Of a stretch of DNA of 64,000 nucleotides, positions 63,110 to 64,000 are shown piece by piece. The DNA is from Oopsacas minuta (lineage: Eukaryota; Animalia; Porifera). Numbering within the stretch: position 1 is the first letter of the stretch; the number at the start of each line of letters is the position of its first letter. Below the pieces are notes generated by a model, which did no database searches, had not been told where the DNA came from, and was given only the letters and a program-made list of their open reading frames with translations. A program made the translations under genes and the position numbers. The stretch lies in assembly GCA_024704765.1 (NCBI GenBank), contig JAKMXF010000343.1, positions 1,035,095-1,099,094 on the forward strand. Reading direction: 5' to 3'.

Positions 63110-64000
63110 ACCCATTAATGAGGATCGTAAAATGTTTTTGTCAAACTTTATTCAATTCAAATAGATGAGGAAATGAAGTGGTCATTTATCCCGAAAATGT
63201 AATGTCAAGGTTGTGCCAAGCCACTCTCTCGTCATGTTGAAGATATTTCTAGGTGTAAACTCCCTATTCTTTGCACAATAGAAACTGAAGAAAGAAGAAT
63301 AATGCGTAATCATCTTCCATATCTTGAGAGCCTAAAATGAGAACGCAACTCAATTTGAAGAGTGTATCGATATATCTGAATCTGATTTCCAACCATCAAA
63401 ACCAACAAACAAATTCGCTTGGAGACCAACCTTTAGAAGTGTTCAAAATGCTTTAGCTCTAACATTATTTGTGATTCCTGTACACCATTCAACACTGTCC
63501 AGAATATACTAAAATTCTTTGAACAGAATAAAACTATTGCTGAAGAAATTCTTACAAATTTTCTGCGTAAACGGGAAAAAGCCAATTCAGTAGAAATAAA
63601 GGTTGACAATCTGCTGCGAGAGATTATACAATGGGCGTTTTGGTAGCAACAAGTCCAAAACATTGATGTTAATAAAATTATTGATTTAAAGCCACATCTT
63701 GCTATTTCTAACCGTACACTCATAAAATTTGCCAAAGTAATAAGAAGTATGGTGTGAAACTCCTAGCCTACGTCTATCATAAGTCAATAAGAGGACCACT
63801 TCAGATCATTTTACCCAAACAACCCTCATGTTTGAGCAAAAATCAGCAATGTATCAGAGAGAAGTAAGGGTTATCGTAAAGAAAACACCACAATTGTAGA
63901 TTGTACTGATATAGGAGAGTTATTTCGTAGGGTTGAATCGACCCGAATAACCGACTCTGTGCTATACCATTGGGGTTGTGATCATGAACAAGGATTACAA
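63110..64000 (+). pseudogene. Probable Chapaev (CMC) transposase remnant running off the window end
   Basis: Fragments H.EDRK...LPILC, IICDSCTPF, and TIVDCTDIGELFRRVESTR...WGCDHEQG resemble Chapaev N-terminal Cys motifs and the first catalytic-D region. Heavily degraded. Confidence 0.45.

Noticed and set aside
63433-63735. Minus-strand 100-aa ORF as an upstream DIP2 exon
   Set aside because: No DIP2 similarity; it is the antisense of a plus-strand transposase-like remnant.

Overview
AT-rich (roughly one-third GC by eye) eukaryotic nuclear DNA from an animal. Gene content and intron-poor long exons would fit an early-branching metazoan such as a sponge, but that is inference only. Two host genes are recognisable, both on the minus strand: an intronless ULK1/2 (Atg1/unc-51) kinase (11528-13996) and a 1.69-kb terminal exon of DIP2 (58965-60650). 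Most of the rest is a nested pile of decayed cut-and-paste DNA transposons from at least eight superfamilies: Mutator (NOF-like with an OTU domain; Phantom-like with a PHD finger), Tc1/mariner (two DD37D maT, DD34D mariner, a probable DD37E, pogo/Tigger-like MITEs), hAT, KDZ/Zisupton-group, Merlin, CMC (Chapaev3, Chapaev), P/Galileo-like and PIF/Harbinger. Many have exact TIRs and TSDs. I saw no reverse-transcriptase motifs, RNA genes or CRISPR arrays. Three things stand out. (1) A spliced KDZ transposase gene lies tail-to-tail, with stop codons 7 bp apart, against a spliced Ulp1-type protease + PHD-finger gene. (2) A young MITE occurs in two copies whose interior is a variable 15-bp array built from its own TIR core. 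(3) Several of the transposons carry ubiquitin/SUMO-protease or chromatin-reader domains.
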